Source: Nibricoccus sp. (GTDB lineage: Bacteria; Verrucomicrobiota; Verrucomicrobiia; Opitutales; Opitutaceae). From it: a stretch of 64,000 bases of DNA. The position numbers and the translations under genes are program-made. Of the stretch, positions 49,084 through 57,804 are shown one piece after another. The DNA lies in the NCBI GenBank assembly GCA_047602425.1, contig JASGHG010000001.1, forward strand, positions 3,328,001 to 3,392,000, in the 5' to 3' direction. Under the pieces are notes generated by a model. That model searched no databases. It was given only the letters and a program-made list of their open reading frames with translations, and was not told the origin of the DNA. Each line of letters opens with the position of its first letter. Positions within the stretch are counted from its first letter, which is position 1.

Positions 49084-49112
49084 GTTTGAACAGACGACAC
49101 GACCGGGGCGGT

Positions 49113-49763
49113 TTAGGCAAGGCTGGCGCGACTGCTCAAAATCAAGTCGGCCAAATCTTCCGGTCGTTCGGCGATGTGTGTGGCGCGTGCGGCCACCAAC
49201 GCTTCACGACTGGCCAGACCCCAGCAAACGCCGATGCTTTGAATGCCCACTTCGTTGGCCGCCGTGACGTCTCTCACCTCGTCGCCAATGTAGAAAATAT
49301 TTTTCGGCGGCAGCGCGAGCTGGCGGTTAATTTTCCGTAGGCGTGTGGCTTTGCCGAGAAAACTGGTGCCGCAGGAAAAGAGATCGAACATGCTCAAGCC
49401 ATGGACCCGCAGGAAGCATTGGACGTTTTCTAGCGAGTTGGAGGACAGGATCCCGCAGCGGCAGTCTTGGGCTTGGAGCGAGCGAAGGACGTCGGAGATG
49501 CCGTCAAAAGGGAGCAGTTTTTTTGTTCTTTCGCGCATGCCTGCTCGCATGGCGCTGACCAGACGAGGGATTTTCCGCAACGGCACGTTTGCGGCTCGCA
49601 TCACTTCGAGCGATCCCATGTTTCGAAACGATTCAAATTCGGCCCTGCTTAAACGCCGAAGACCGAGGTCGATCGCCACTTGGTCGTAGACTTCGGCAAG
49701 TTCGTCGAACGAGTCTGCAATCGTTCCATCGAAGTCGAAAATGGCGGCTTGGGTACTGGGCAT
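49113..49763 (-). CDS. HAD-family hydrolase (phosphoglycolate phosphatase-like)
   Basis: FDFDGTIADS, LSSN and YIGDEVRD motifs. Confidence 0.9.
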   Translation of the reverse strand: MPSTQAAIFDFDGTIADSFDELAEVYDQVAIDLGLRRLSRAEFESFRNMGSLEVMRAANVPLRKIPRLVSAMRAGMRERTKKLLPFDGISDVLRSLQAQDCRCGILSSNSLENVQCFLRVHGLSMFDLFSCGTSFLGKATRLRKINRQLALPPKNIFYIGDEVRDVTAANEVGIQSIGVCWGLASREALVAARATHIAERPEDLADLILSSRASLA

Positions 49764-49881
49764 GGCGTGCGAAAGACGTGAAGTTTGAGGGGGCAAGATG
49801 GGACTGTCCACTGGATCGTTGGGTGGAAAAACACCCGTTCTGATGTTGCAGAGGCGGGGCTGGGCCGGAATAAACGTTGGC

Positions 49882-50373
49882 ATGAGTCTCTGTCCCTGTG
49901 GTTCCAATCTTGAGTTTGATGCTTGCTGCGGTCCGATCATTGCCGGTGCCGCGGCACCGACGGCTGAAGCGTTGATGCGCTCGCGCTATTCGGCGTATGT
50001 GAAGCATGAATACGCGCATCTCGAAAAATCGCTCAGCGCCGCACAGCGAAAAGATTTCGACGCAGCCGATTCGAAACGCTGGGCGGAAAGCTCGGAGTGG
50101 CTCGGCTTGACGATCCATCAGGTCGAAAAGGGCGGCGTGAATGACGACACGGGCATGGTGCATTTTACCGCCAAGTTCCGGACGGAGGGCAAAGACCACG
50201 ACCATGTTGAGGCAGCGCTTTTTACCCGCGAGGATGGCCGTTGGGTTTACTCGGGCTTCATCCAGCCAAAGGGCAACACGGTGCGTCGGGAAGAGCCGAA
50301 AATCGGCCGCAACGATCCATGTCCATGTGGCAGCGGCAAAAAATACAAAAAGTGTTGCGGCGCGAAGAGCTGA
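49882..50373 (+). CDS. ychJ: YchJ-family SEC-C motif protein
   Basis: [25 protein letters not shown] and [18 protein letters not shown] motifs. Confidence 0.92.
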   Translation: MSLCPCGSNLEFDACCGPIIAGAAAPTAEALMRSRYSAYVKHEYAHLEKSLSAAQRKDFDAADSKRWAESSEWLGLTIHQVEKGGVNDDTGMVHFTAKFRTEGKDHDHVEAALFTREDGRWVYSGFIQPKGNTVRREEPKIGRNDPCPCGSGKKYKKCCGAKS

Positions 50374-50407
50374 GCAAAAGCGGGCAAGGTTGAACAGAAT
50401 TCATGGC

Positions 50408-50423
50408 AGGCATGCGGCTTGCT
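50408..50423 (+). promoter_or_regulatory. sigma54-like promoter of ureEFGD
   Basis: AGGCATGCGGCTTGCT fits GG-N10-GC with TTGCT, about 22 nt before the ureE ATG. Confidence 0.55.
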
Positions 50424-50445
50424 ATGAATAAGATTCACCTTCGCC

Positions 50446-50928
50446 ATGCTTCTTGTTCAACAACCCCTTGCCCAACCAGATCCTACGCTTCCGCAAATTG
50501 CGGTGCGGGTGGATCGGCTGAAGCTAGCCAAGCGCCTATGGCGTGCGACGGGCGAGGATGGTGTGGAATTCGGCTGCGAACTCGAGCGGCCGCTCCAACC
50601 GGGCGATACGCTCCACCAGACGGCCACCGCGCGTTACGTCGTCTTGCAGGAACCGGAGCGGGTACTCGAAATTTCGCTGGAAAATCTACCTCCGTCGGCC
50701 GCAGCAGGCGTGGGTTGGGCGATTGGGAATTTGCACCTGGAACTGATGTCCGAACCAGAACGATTGCTCGCATTGAATGAAAATGCGGTGCGACGCTTGC
50801 TGGATCGCATCGGCGTTTCCTATCGCGAAACGACGGAGGTTTTTCGACCGGGGCGTTTTGCCCGGAGCAACGACAAGGCATCTAACCACGCAACCGCCCA
50901 TGAATTCGGAGCAAGCCACAAACATTGA
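50446..50928 (+). CDS. ureE: Urease accessory protein UreE
   Basis: [13 protein letters not shown] and a His-containing tail; sits before ureF. Confidence 0.88.
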   Translation: MLLVQQPLAQPDPTLPQIAVRVDRLKLAKRLWRATGEDGVEFGCELERPLQPGDTLHQTATARYVVLQEPERVLEISLENLPPSAAAGVGWAIGNLHLELMSEPERLLALNENAVRRLLDRIGVSYRETTEVFRPGRFARSNDKASNHATAHEFGASHKH

Positions 50929-51616
50929 CAATGCAGGTTGGCTCTGCGGACTGCTGCAACTCGGCGACACCTTTTATCCGACGGGCGCATACGCTCATTC
51001 GTTTGGTCTCGAAGGATTGGTTGCGGAAGGCGTGGTGCGCGATCGCGAATCGCTCCGGCAATTTTTATCGATTTCAGTTTTGCCGTCGCTGCGGCAATCC
51101 GAGTTGCCGCTGGTCGTGCAGGCCTGGCGGGCCTTCGAAGCGCCGGATTGGGCAAAAATTGGCGAACTGTGCATTTTGGCTTCGGCCCTGAAGACTGCGC
51201 GGGAGGCTCGCTTTGCGGCGGAAAATATTGGACGTCAGCGCGTGGAGCTTGCGGCAAAACTACGCGGTCATCCCCTAGCGCAAGGGTTTTTGCAACGCGC
51301 GGAAGAAGACCGCTGGCCATTTTCTCCGGCGATGGCGTCGGCGCTTGAAGCACGCGTGCTCGGTGCGCCGATGGAAGCGGCGCTGGCCTCGGTTTATTAT
51401 GCGACGATTGCGGGGTTGTTGGCCGCGGCGATGAAGTTGCTGAGGCTCGGGCAAAACGGAAGCCAGACGTTGCTCACGGAAATGATGGGTTTGGCACCGG
51501 AGATTTTTGCCGCCGCGCAAAAAGTACAGTTCGACGAAATCGGCTGGTTCAATCCCTGGCTCGATATCGCTGCGGCGCGTCACGAGACGGCGGAGGCCCG
51601 GCTGTTCATTTCATAA
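50900..51616 (+). CDS. ureF: Urease accessory protein UreF
   Basis: LLQLGDTFYPTGAYAHSFGLE and C-terminal HE...ARLFIS. Confidence 0.93.
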   Translation: MNSEQATNIDNAGWLCGLLQLGDTFYPTGAYAHSFGLEGLVAEGVVRDRESLRQFLSISVLPSLRQSELPLVVQAWRAFEAPDWAKIGELCILASALKTAREARFAAENIGRQRVELAAKLRGHPLAQGFLQRAEEDRWPFSPAMASALEARVLGAPMEAALASVYYATIAGLLAAAMKLLRLGQNGSQTLLTEMMGLAPEIFAAAQKVQFDEIGWFNPWLDIAAARHETAEARLFIS

Positions 51617-51632
51617 TTAAAAAATTTTATCC

Positions 51633-52253
51633 ATGACACGTCCTCCTCGAATTGGTGTGGGTGGCCCGGTTGGCTCGGGCAAAACCATGCTTTGCCTCAA
51701 GCTCTGTCAAAAACTGCGCGACCGCTACAGCCTCGGTGTCGTAACGAACGATATTTATACGCAGGAGGACGCGCGTTTTTTAAAGGAAGCGCGGGCGCTG
51801 CCGCCGGAACGCATCGTGGGAGTCGAGACGGGTGGGTGCCCGCATACGGCGATCCGCGACGATACGACGATGAACGAACAGGCGGTGCAAAGTCTGGAAC
51901 GAAAATTTACCGATTTGCAGCTAGTTTTGGTCGAGAGTGGCGGCGACAACCTTACGGCGACATTTTCTCCGGAGCTGGTTGACGTGTTTATCTACGTGCT
52001 CGACGTGGCCGAGGGCGAAAAGATGCCGCGCAAGGGCGGGCCTGCGATCAAGTTTAGCGATTTGCTCCTGATCAATAAGATCGATCTGGCTCCTTATGTC
52101 GGCGCGGATTTGACGGTGATGGAGCGTGACGCAAAAACACAGCGCGGGGCGCGGCCATTTATTTTTTGCGACCTAAAACGTGAACACAACCTCGACGCAG
52201 TGATCGCGTGGATCGAGCGTGAGGTGTTGTTTGGAAAGGGAGTGAAGAAGTGA
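51633..52253 (+). CDS. ureG: Urease accessory GTPase UreG
   Basis: [27 protein letters not shown] and NKID motifs. Confidence 0.98.
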   Translation: MTRPPRIGVGGPVGSGKTMLCLKLCQKLRDRYSLGVVTNDIYTQEDARFLKEARALPPERIVGVETGGCPHTAIRDDTTMNEQAVQSLERKFTDLQLVLVESGGDNLTATFSPELVDVFIYVLDVAEGEKMPRKGGPAIKFSDLLLINKIDLAPYVGADLTVMERDAKTQRGARPFIFCDLKREHNLDAVIAWIEREVLFGKGVKK

Positions 52254-52433
52254 TGGCCACAAAAGGCACAGAAGGCGCAGAGGCATTGCAGGCGCCGGAA
52301 ACGTTTTCTTTTGACGCAAAGATCGCCAAGGACGGAACGCGAAGGTCGCAAAGCAAGCCGTCCGTCCTTCGCGCTCTTCATGTACAATATTGGGGACTGA
52401 AATCCGATAGCCGATGGAGGATTGGTTGAGAGT

Positions 52434-53258
52434 ATGGCGGAATTTCACGGGCATCTTTCGCTAAGCGCTGAAGCGCGTGACAACGGTCGGACGGTGCTTG
52501 CGCGGCAGTCGTTTCGCGCGCCGTTTCATTTGAGCAAACCGTATTGGGACGGACACGCGTTGATCGTGCAGGTGGTCAACCCAACCGCTGGCATTCTTGA
52601 GGGCGATCGCTTGGATTCGGAGATAGCGATAGGTTCGGGTGCGTCGGTGCTGATGACGAGTCCGAGTGCGAGCCGGGTGTTTCAAATGCGCGGTGGCGAA
52701 GCGGAATGCCGGCAGCAATTCACCGTCGCGGATGGCGGATGGTTGGAATTCATGCCCGAGCCGTTGGTGCTGCACAAAGGTTCGCGTTACCGACAGCGCA
52801 CGGATATCGCTGTCGCCGCGGGCGGAGAAATTTTCTTTGCGGATTTGCTCATGCCTGGGCGTATCGCTCGGGGTGAAAAATGGGCTTGGGAAAAGTTGCG
52901 ACAGGAACTGACGTTGCGGGTGGCCGGCGCGTTGATCTTGCGGGAACGACTCGATCAGAGCGGGCCCGAATTGAAGGCGCTGGCGTCACTGGCCGGAGTG
53001 GGCGAAGGCGCGTGTTTTGCGAATGTTGTTTTCGTTTCGCCGCGATTGAAAGAGCGAGGCGATTGGCACGAACAAATTGGCATTTTGCACGGTGACGGCG
53101 TATGGGCCGGGCTGAGTCAATTGCGCGGCGAGTGTGGCGGGTGGAGCTTGAAACTGATCGCGCCGGACAATGTGGCGTTGCGTGCGGCGATGAAACGAGT
53201 GAGACAAATTTTGACGGCGGTATTGCCGCGGCTCGCGAGCGATCCCCGCAAGTTGTAA
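52434..53258 (+). CDS. ureD: Urease accessory protein UreD
   Basis: PFHLSKPY, NPTAGILEGD, PEPLV and PGRIARGE motifs; ends DPRKL. Confidence 0.92.
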   Translation: MAEFHGHLSLSAEARDNGRTVLARQSFRAPFHLSKPYWDGHALIVQVVNPTAGILEGDRLDSEIAIGSGASVLMTSPSASRVFQMRGGEAECRQQFTVADGGWLEFMPEPLVLHKGSRYRQRTDIAVAAGGEIFFADLLMPGRIARGEKWAWEKLRQELTLRVAGALILRERLDQSGPELKALASLAGVGEGACFANVVFVSPRLKERGDWHEQIGILHGDGVWAGLSQLRGECGGWSLKLIAPDNVALRAAMKRVRQILTAVLPRLASDPRKL

Positions 53259-53274
53259 GGTACGCGAAGGCTCG

Positions 53275-53469
53275 TCACTTATGGCCGAAGCCAAAACGAA
53301 AAACGAGAGCGCTGGCGCCCATCGCCAGCAGGAAAAGGAAGATGGGCGAATCATAGCCGGAACGGAAATCCCAGATAAGATCGAGGCCGTCGCTGCCGGG
53401 CGGAGCGGCGGCCAACAGCGGACACGAAAAGGCCGTTGAAGTTGGGAGAAGGCGGGTGATTTTTTTCAT
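53275..53469 (-). CDS. Small membrane protein, weakly resembling the HupE/UreJ N-terminus
   Basis: Signal-like N-terminus, PPGSDGLDLIWDF and a hydrophobic LFLLAMG segment; fills the gap between ureD and rph. Confidence 0.5.
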   Translation of the reverse strand: MKKITRLLPTSTAFSCPLLAAAPPGSDGLDLIWDFRSGYDSPIFLFLLAMGASALVFRFGFGHK

Positions 53470-53522
53470 GCTGCAATTTTCAGCATATCGTGCGCCAACG
53501 CCCGCGGACCGAACGGTGCGGA

Positions 53523-54278
53523 CTAACCGAGTTTCAGGGAACCGAGCAGATTTTTTGTCAGAAACGCAGTCTGGATGGCGGAAAGTTCCTTCAGTCCTTT
53601 TTGGGCGACGCCGAGCAGTTGCTGGTGTTGTTCCTGGCTGAAGGTTGCTTCTTCGCCGGAAACCTGCACTTCAACGAACTGGCCCTTGCCGGTCATGACG
53701 ATATTGGCGTCGACTTCGGCGTCCTTGTCTTCGACATAAGCGAGGTCCAACAACTCTTTGCCATCGACAAGGCCGACGCTCACGGCGGCGACGGAATCGA
53801 CGAGGGGATTCTCGGCGAGCTTTTTTGCATCGAGAAGTTTTTGAATGGCGAGGCGGGCGGCGAGGTAGGCGCCGGTGATGGAGGCCGTGCGGGTGCCGCC
53901 GTCGGCCTGGAGAACGTCGCAATCGATCCAGAGCGTATTTTCGCCGAGCTTCTGAAGATCGAGCACGGCGCGGAGGGAGCGGCCGATGAGGCGTTGGATT
54001 TCCACCGTGCGCCCGTCGAGTTTGCCTTTGGCGATATCGCGCTGTTTCCGATCGAGCGTGCTGTAGGGAAGCATTGAATACTCGGCGGTGAGCCAGCCTC
54101 CCTTGACGCCCTGCTGGCGCATCCAGGTGGGAACCTTGGGTTCGATGGTTGCGGCGCAGATGACGCGGGTGTTGCCGAAGCCGATCAAAACGGAGCCGGT
54201 GGCATACGGCGCAAAGTTGGCTTCGAGCGTGATGGGTCGGAGTTGATCGGGACGGCGGCCGTCGGTGCGGGTGGACAT
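53523..54278 (-). CDS. rph: Ribonuclease PH
   Basis: [25 protein letters not shown] and [18 protein letters not shown] motifs. Confidence 0.98.
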   Translation of the reverse strand: MSTRTDGRRPDQLRPITLEANFAPYATGSVLIGFGNTRVICAATIEPKVPTWMRQQGVKGGWLTAEYSMLPYSTLDRKQRDIAKGKLDGRTVEIQRLIGRSLRAVLDLQKLGENTLWIDCDVLQADGGTRTASITGAYLAARLAIQKLLDAKKLAENPLVDSVAAVSVGLVDGKELLDLAYVEDKDAEVDANIVMTGKGQFVEVQVSGEEATFSQEQHQQLLGVAQKGLKELSAIQTAFLTKNLLGSLKLG

Positions 54279-54321
54279 TTAAAAGTTTAAGTCGGAAGTT
54301 TAAGTTGAAGCTAAGCGTGGC

Positions 54322-55329
54322 TCAGCGTTCGCGTTCGTCGGTGTTGGCTGGCGAACCGAGGCGGATGGTTTTTTCAGGGACGGCGGATTGCTGGGCCATG
54401 AACTCAATGAGGCGGTCGTTGAAATCCTTCGCGGGATCGTGGCCGGTTTTCTTCAACGCTTGGGTGAGTGCTGCGACTTCGACGAGACGGGCCATGTCGC
54501 GGCCGGGGCGAACGTAAAGGATGATATGGGGGATGCGCAGACCGAGGATTTCGTAATAATTTTCCTCGAGACCGGTGCGTTCCTCGACGGCATCGGGCGT
54601 CCATTCGAAGAGGGAAACGACGAGGTCGATGCGCTTTTCGACCCGGATGCTGCGCACGCCAAACATTTCGGAAATGTTGATGATGCCGATACCGCGGCAC
54701 TCCATGTAGCCGCGGTTGAGCGGCCTGGAGCTGGCGATGAGTTCGCGTTCGTCGAGTAGTTTGATGACAGTGAGGTCATCCGCGACGAGCGAGTGGCCGC
54801 GCTCGATCAGGGCGAGCGCGCATTCGCTTTTACCCACACCACTCGATCCCCGTAAAAGCGTGCCGATGCCGCGAATGTCGAGCATGGTGGCGTGTTCGGT
54901 CGAGGAAGGAGCGAATTCATTGTCGATGCACAGCGTGGCGAGGTTCACGTAGTTCATCGTGATCATCGGTGTGCGGAAGAGCGGGAGATTGCGGTCCTGC
55001 GCGACGGCGAGCATCGCGGGCGTGGGATTGAAATTGCGCGTGAGCACGAGGCAGGGCACCTGGCGGTCGGCCATCTCGTTCATGATTTCAACCTGCTTGG
55101 GTTGCGCGAGCATCTTGAAATAGGTCATCTCGGCCGCACCCAAAACTTGAATGCGTTTGTTCGCGAAATACTTGAAGAAACCAGTGAGCGCGAGCGAGGG
55201 CCGGTTGATGCTTCCCTCGCGGATCAAGCGGTGCATGCCGCTGTTGCCAGTGATGAGCTCCATTTTGAGCTTTTCGCGATAGGACTCAAAAAAGTGGGCA
55301 ACGGTGATGCCTTGGATGGCTTTCGGCAT
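54322..55329 (-). CDS. hprK: HPr(Ser) kinase/phosphorylase
   Basis: GSSGVGKSECALAL..RGHSLVADD, ECRGIGII and VRPGRD motifs. Confidence 0.96.
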   Translation of the reverse strand: MPKAIQGITVAHFFESYREKLKMELITGNSGMHRLIREGSINRPSLALTGFFKYFANKRIQVLGAAEMTYFKMLAQPKQVEIMNEMADRQVPCLVLTRNFNPTPAMLAVAQDRNLPLFRTPMITMNYVNLATLCIDNEFAPSSTEHATMLDIRGIGTLLRGSSGVGKSECALALIERGHSLVADDLTVIKLLDERELIASSRPLNRGYMECRGIGIINISEMFGVRSIRVEKRIDLVVSLFEWTPDAVEERTGLEENYYEILGLRIPHIILYVRPGRDMARLVEVAALTQALKKTGHDPAKDFNDRLIEFMAQQSAVPEKTIRLGSPANTDERER

Positions 55330-55413
55330 GGAAGAAGAAGACTAGAAAGACGGAGGAGACTTGGGAGACGAGAAGAAAGGAAATCGAAAGAGGGGAAGAC
55401 AGAGAAAGAGGCC

Positions 55414-56190
55414 TTACATATTGAAGTCTTCGCCGAGGTAATATTTGCGAGCTTGCGGATCGTTGATGAGAAATTCGCTGGTGCCGTCGGTGAGCACCTT
55501 GCCTTTATGAATGATGTAAGCGCGGTCGACGATCTTCAGTGTTTCACGAACCTGGTGGTCGGTGATGAGAATGCCGATGCCGCGATCCTTGAGCGTGAGC
55601 ACCATCTTCTGCACGTCGGCGACGGAAATCGGATCCACGCCCGCGAAAGGTTCGTCGAGGAGGAGGAATTGCGGATTGGTGACCAGGGCGCGGGCGATTT
55701 CGAGACGGCGACGTTCGCCGCCGGACAAGGTGTAGGCTTTTTGTTTGGCGACGTGCGTGAGGTTAAGTTCTTCAAGGTGGCGTTGCACGCGGGCGGCGCG
55801 GTCGCGATGCGGAATGCCGATCGTCTCGACAATGGCCAGGATGTTTTCCGCGACTGTGAGTTTGCGGAAAGTGGACGCTTCCTGTGGAAGATAACCGACA
55901 CCGAGGCGGGCGCGCTCGTGCATGCGGAGACGCGTGGCGTCATTCTCCTTGATGAAGACCTTGCCCTTCGTGGCGGGGACGAGGCCGACGATCATGTAAA
56001 ACGTGGTGGTTTTCCCTGCGCCATTGGGCCCGAGGAGACCGACGATTTCACCGGCGCGCACGCGGACATCGACGCCGGCGACGACGGTGCGTTCACCATA
56101 AATTTTCACCAAGCCGCTGGTTCGGATTTCCGCGGTGAGCGGAGGCGGGTTGACGGCTGGGCCGGGGGCGGGGGCGCGACGGTCGCTCAT
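55414..56190 (-). CDS. lptB: LPS export ABC transporter ATPase
   Basis: GPNGAGKTTTFYM, YLPQEAS.FRKL, LSGGERRRLEIAR, ITDH and YLGEDF motifs. Confidence 0.97.
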   Translation of the reverse strand: MSDRRAPAPGPAVNPPPLTAEIRTSGLVKIYGERTVVAGVDVRVRAGEIVGLLGPNGAGKTTTFYMIVGLVPATKGKVFIKENDATRLRMHERARLGVGYLPQEASTFRKLTVAENILAIVETIGIPHRDRAARVQRHLEELNLTHVAKQKAYTLSGGERRRLEIARALVTNPQFLLLDEPFAGVDPISVADVQKMVLTLKDRGIGILITDHQVRETLKIVDRAYIIHKGKVLTDGTSEFLINDPQARKYYLGEDFNM

Positions 56191-56828
56191 TTTTTCGCCG
56201 GGGTTGGAGGCGTGGTCGTTTGTTTGGGCGACGGTGTTGGGACAGTCGGAGTCGGAGCCGGAATGGTTGTCGACGGGGGCAGGGAAGGCGGCGGAGAATC
56301 CTTGTCGTAGCTGAGATTTTTGATGGCGGGTCCGGTGATTTTGACGTTCGAACCCGTCACGCGACGCTGCCCGCGCTGCAGTTCGAGATAGTCGCCCGTC
56401 GTGGTCCAGGGCCCTGAGTTGTCGATAACAACCGGTTTTTCGTAGAGAATGATTTTATCCTCGCGCGGGTAAACCTCGGCGCGGCCGCAATGGGCTTCGC
56501 GTTCGCCTTGCACAATGTGGACCTTGCCGACGGCGATGAGCGATTTGAATTTTTCAAAGGTGCCGATGGTGGCTTTCTTGTCGCCGAGGCGCTCGGCGAG
56601 GACGTCGAGACGGTCGCAGGTGAGCTTCATGTCCGTGCCGGTGACCGTGACATTGCCGGTGAAAATGGCGTGTTCTTCCGTGCCCGTTTCGTTGCTCCAC
56701 ATTTCGAGCTTTTGGGCGGTGATTTCGGTGGGTGTCAAAGGCGCCGCCGCTTCCTGCGCCAGAAGTGCGAGGGGTGTGACTGCGACGCCGAGAACTAGAC
56801 AGAAGAGTGAGAGGCGCGGGAATTTCAT
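56187..56828 (-). CDS. lptA: LptA/OstA-family LPS transport protein
   Basis: Signal peptide; beta-jellyroll motifs FTGNVTV and GKVHIVQG; lies between lptC and lptB. Confidence 0.85.
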   Translation of the reverse strand: MKFPRLSLFCLVLGVAVTPLALLAQEAAAPLTPTEITAQKLEMWSNETGTEEHAIFTGNVTVTGTDMKLTCDRLDVLAERLGDKKATIGTFEKFKSLIAVGKVHIVQGEREAHCGRAEVYPREDKIILYEKPVVIDNSGPWTTTGDYLELQRGQRRVTGSNVKITGPAIKNLSYDKDSPPPSLPPSTTIPAPTPTVPTPSPKQTTTPPTPAKK

Positions 56829-57283
56829 TTGAGAATATTGCCGATGTTGAGGGTGCGGAAGACAACCTTCACATTGTTCTCGATGACAACGTGGCGGTTT
56901 TTCTTTTCGTCGGTTTCGAAAGTCCATTGGACGCCGGCGACGTCGAGATCGTCGCGGACGATGCGAACGCCTTCAGCACCTTGGACCTTGTAGCGTTTCT
57001 GGTTGAAAAACACGCTGGCAGTGGGCGCGAGCAAAGAAGTCTCGGCTTGGTTGGAGCCGTCCGGCTTGAAAATTATATACTGCATCGCCACGAGGTCGAT
57101 TTGGTTGTCGTTGATGCGGCGAGCTTCGTTGCCACGGAGGAGGCTGATGCGGTTACCGTCATCGTTCAGCTCGGGGAGCTTGAAATTGATAATGGGCGCG
57201 TTGGCCGTTACGGCTGTTGGTTGGGCTTCGCACAGCAGCGGACTGAGCGCAAAGAGGAGAAGCGTGAAGGCGCGCAAGGTCAT
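56825..57283 (-). CDS. lptC: LptC-like LPS export protein
   Basis: N-terminal hydrophobic anchor and beta-rich body; kdsC-X-lptA-lptB order with 4-nt overlaps. Confidence 0.7.
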   Translation of the reverse strand: MTLRAFTLLLFALSPLLCEAQPTAVTANAPIINFKLPELNDDGNRISLLRGNEARRINDNQIDLVAMQYIIFKPDGSNQAETSLLAPTASVFFNQKRYKVQGAEGVRIVRDDLDVAGVQWTFETDEKKNRHVVIENNVKVVFRTLNIGNILK

Positions 57284-57798
57284 GGAGCGAAGGTTAGACC
57301 TTTGGCGGAGGCAATTTGTTCGCACACTTCGCGTGCAGCGCCGAAACCCCCGGCGCGTGTGGTGACGTGACGAGCCGCCTCAAGGACGTTGGGCATGGCG
57401 TTGGGGACGGCGATGCCGATGCCGGCCCACCGGATGGCGGAAATATCGATGGTGTCATCGCCAATGAAAGCACACTGTTCGGCGATCAGGCCGAGTTGCG
57501 CGGCGAGTTCCTGGAGGGCGGCGCCCTTGTCGACGCGGCCTTGAATCACGTGGGCGATTTTCAGTTCGTTGGCGCGGGCTGTGGTCGAGCCGGAGGCGCG
57601 GCCGGAAATCCAGGCGATTTGCACGCCTGCCCGGGCCAGGCGCACGAGACCAAAACCATCAAGTATGGAAAATTGTTTGGACTCGGTGCCATCGGACGAA
57701 ATGGAAACTCGCCCGTCGGTCAGCACGCCGTCGACGTCCATCGCCAGCAGTTGGATCTTTGCCCACTCGGATTTTGAAGGTGTGTTTCCTTTGAACAT
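57280..57798 (-). CDS. kdsC: KDO 8-phosphate phosphatase
   Basis: MDVDGVLTDG, ISGR, GDDTID and GGFGAAREVCE motifs. Confidence 0.93.
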   Translation of the reverse strand: MFKGNTPSKSEWAKIQLLAMDVDGVLTDGRVSISSDGTESKQFSILDGFGLVRLARAGVQIAWISGRASGSTTARANELKIAHVIQGRVDKGAALQELAAQLGLIAEQCAFIGDDTIDISAIRWAGIGIAVPNAMPNVLEAARHVTTRAGGFGAAREVCEQIASAKGLTFAP

Positions 57799-57804
57799 GA
57801 GCAA

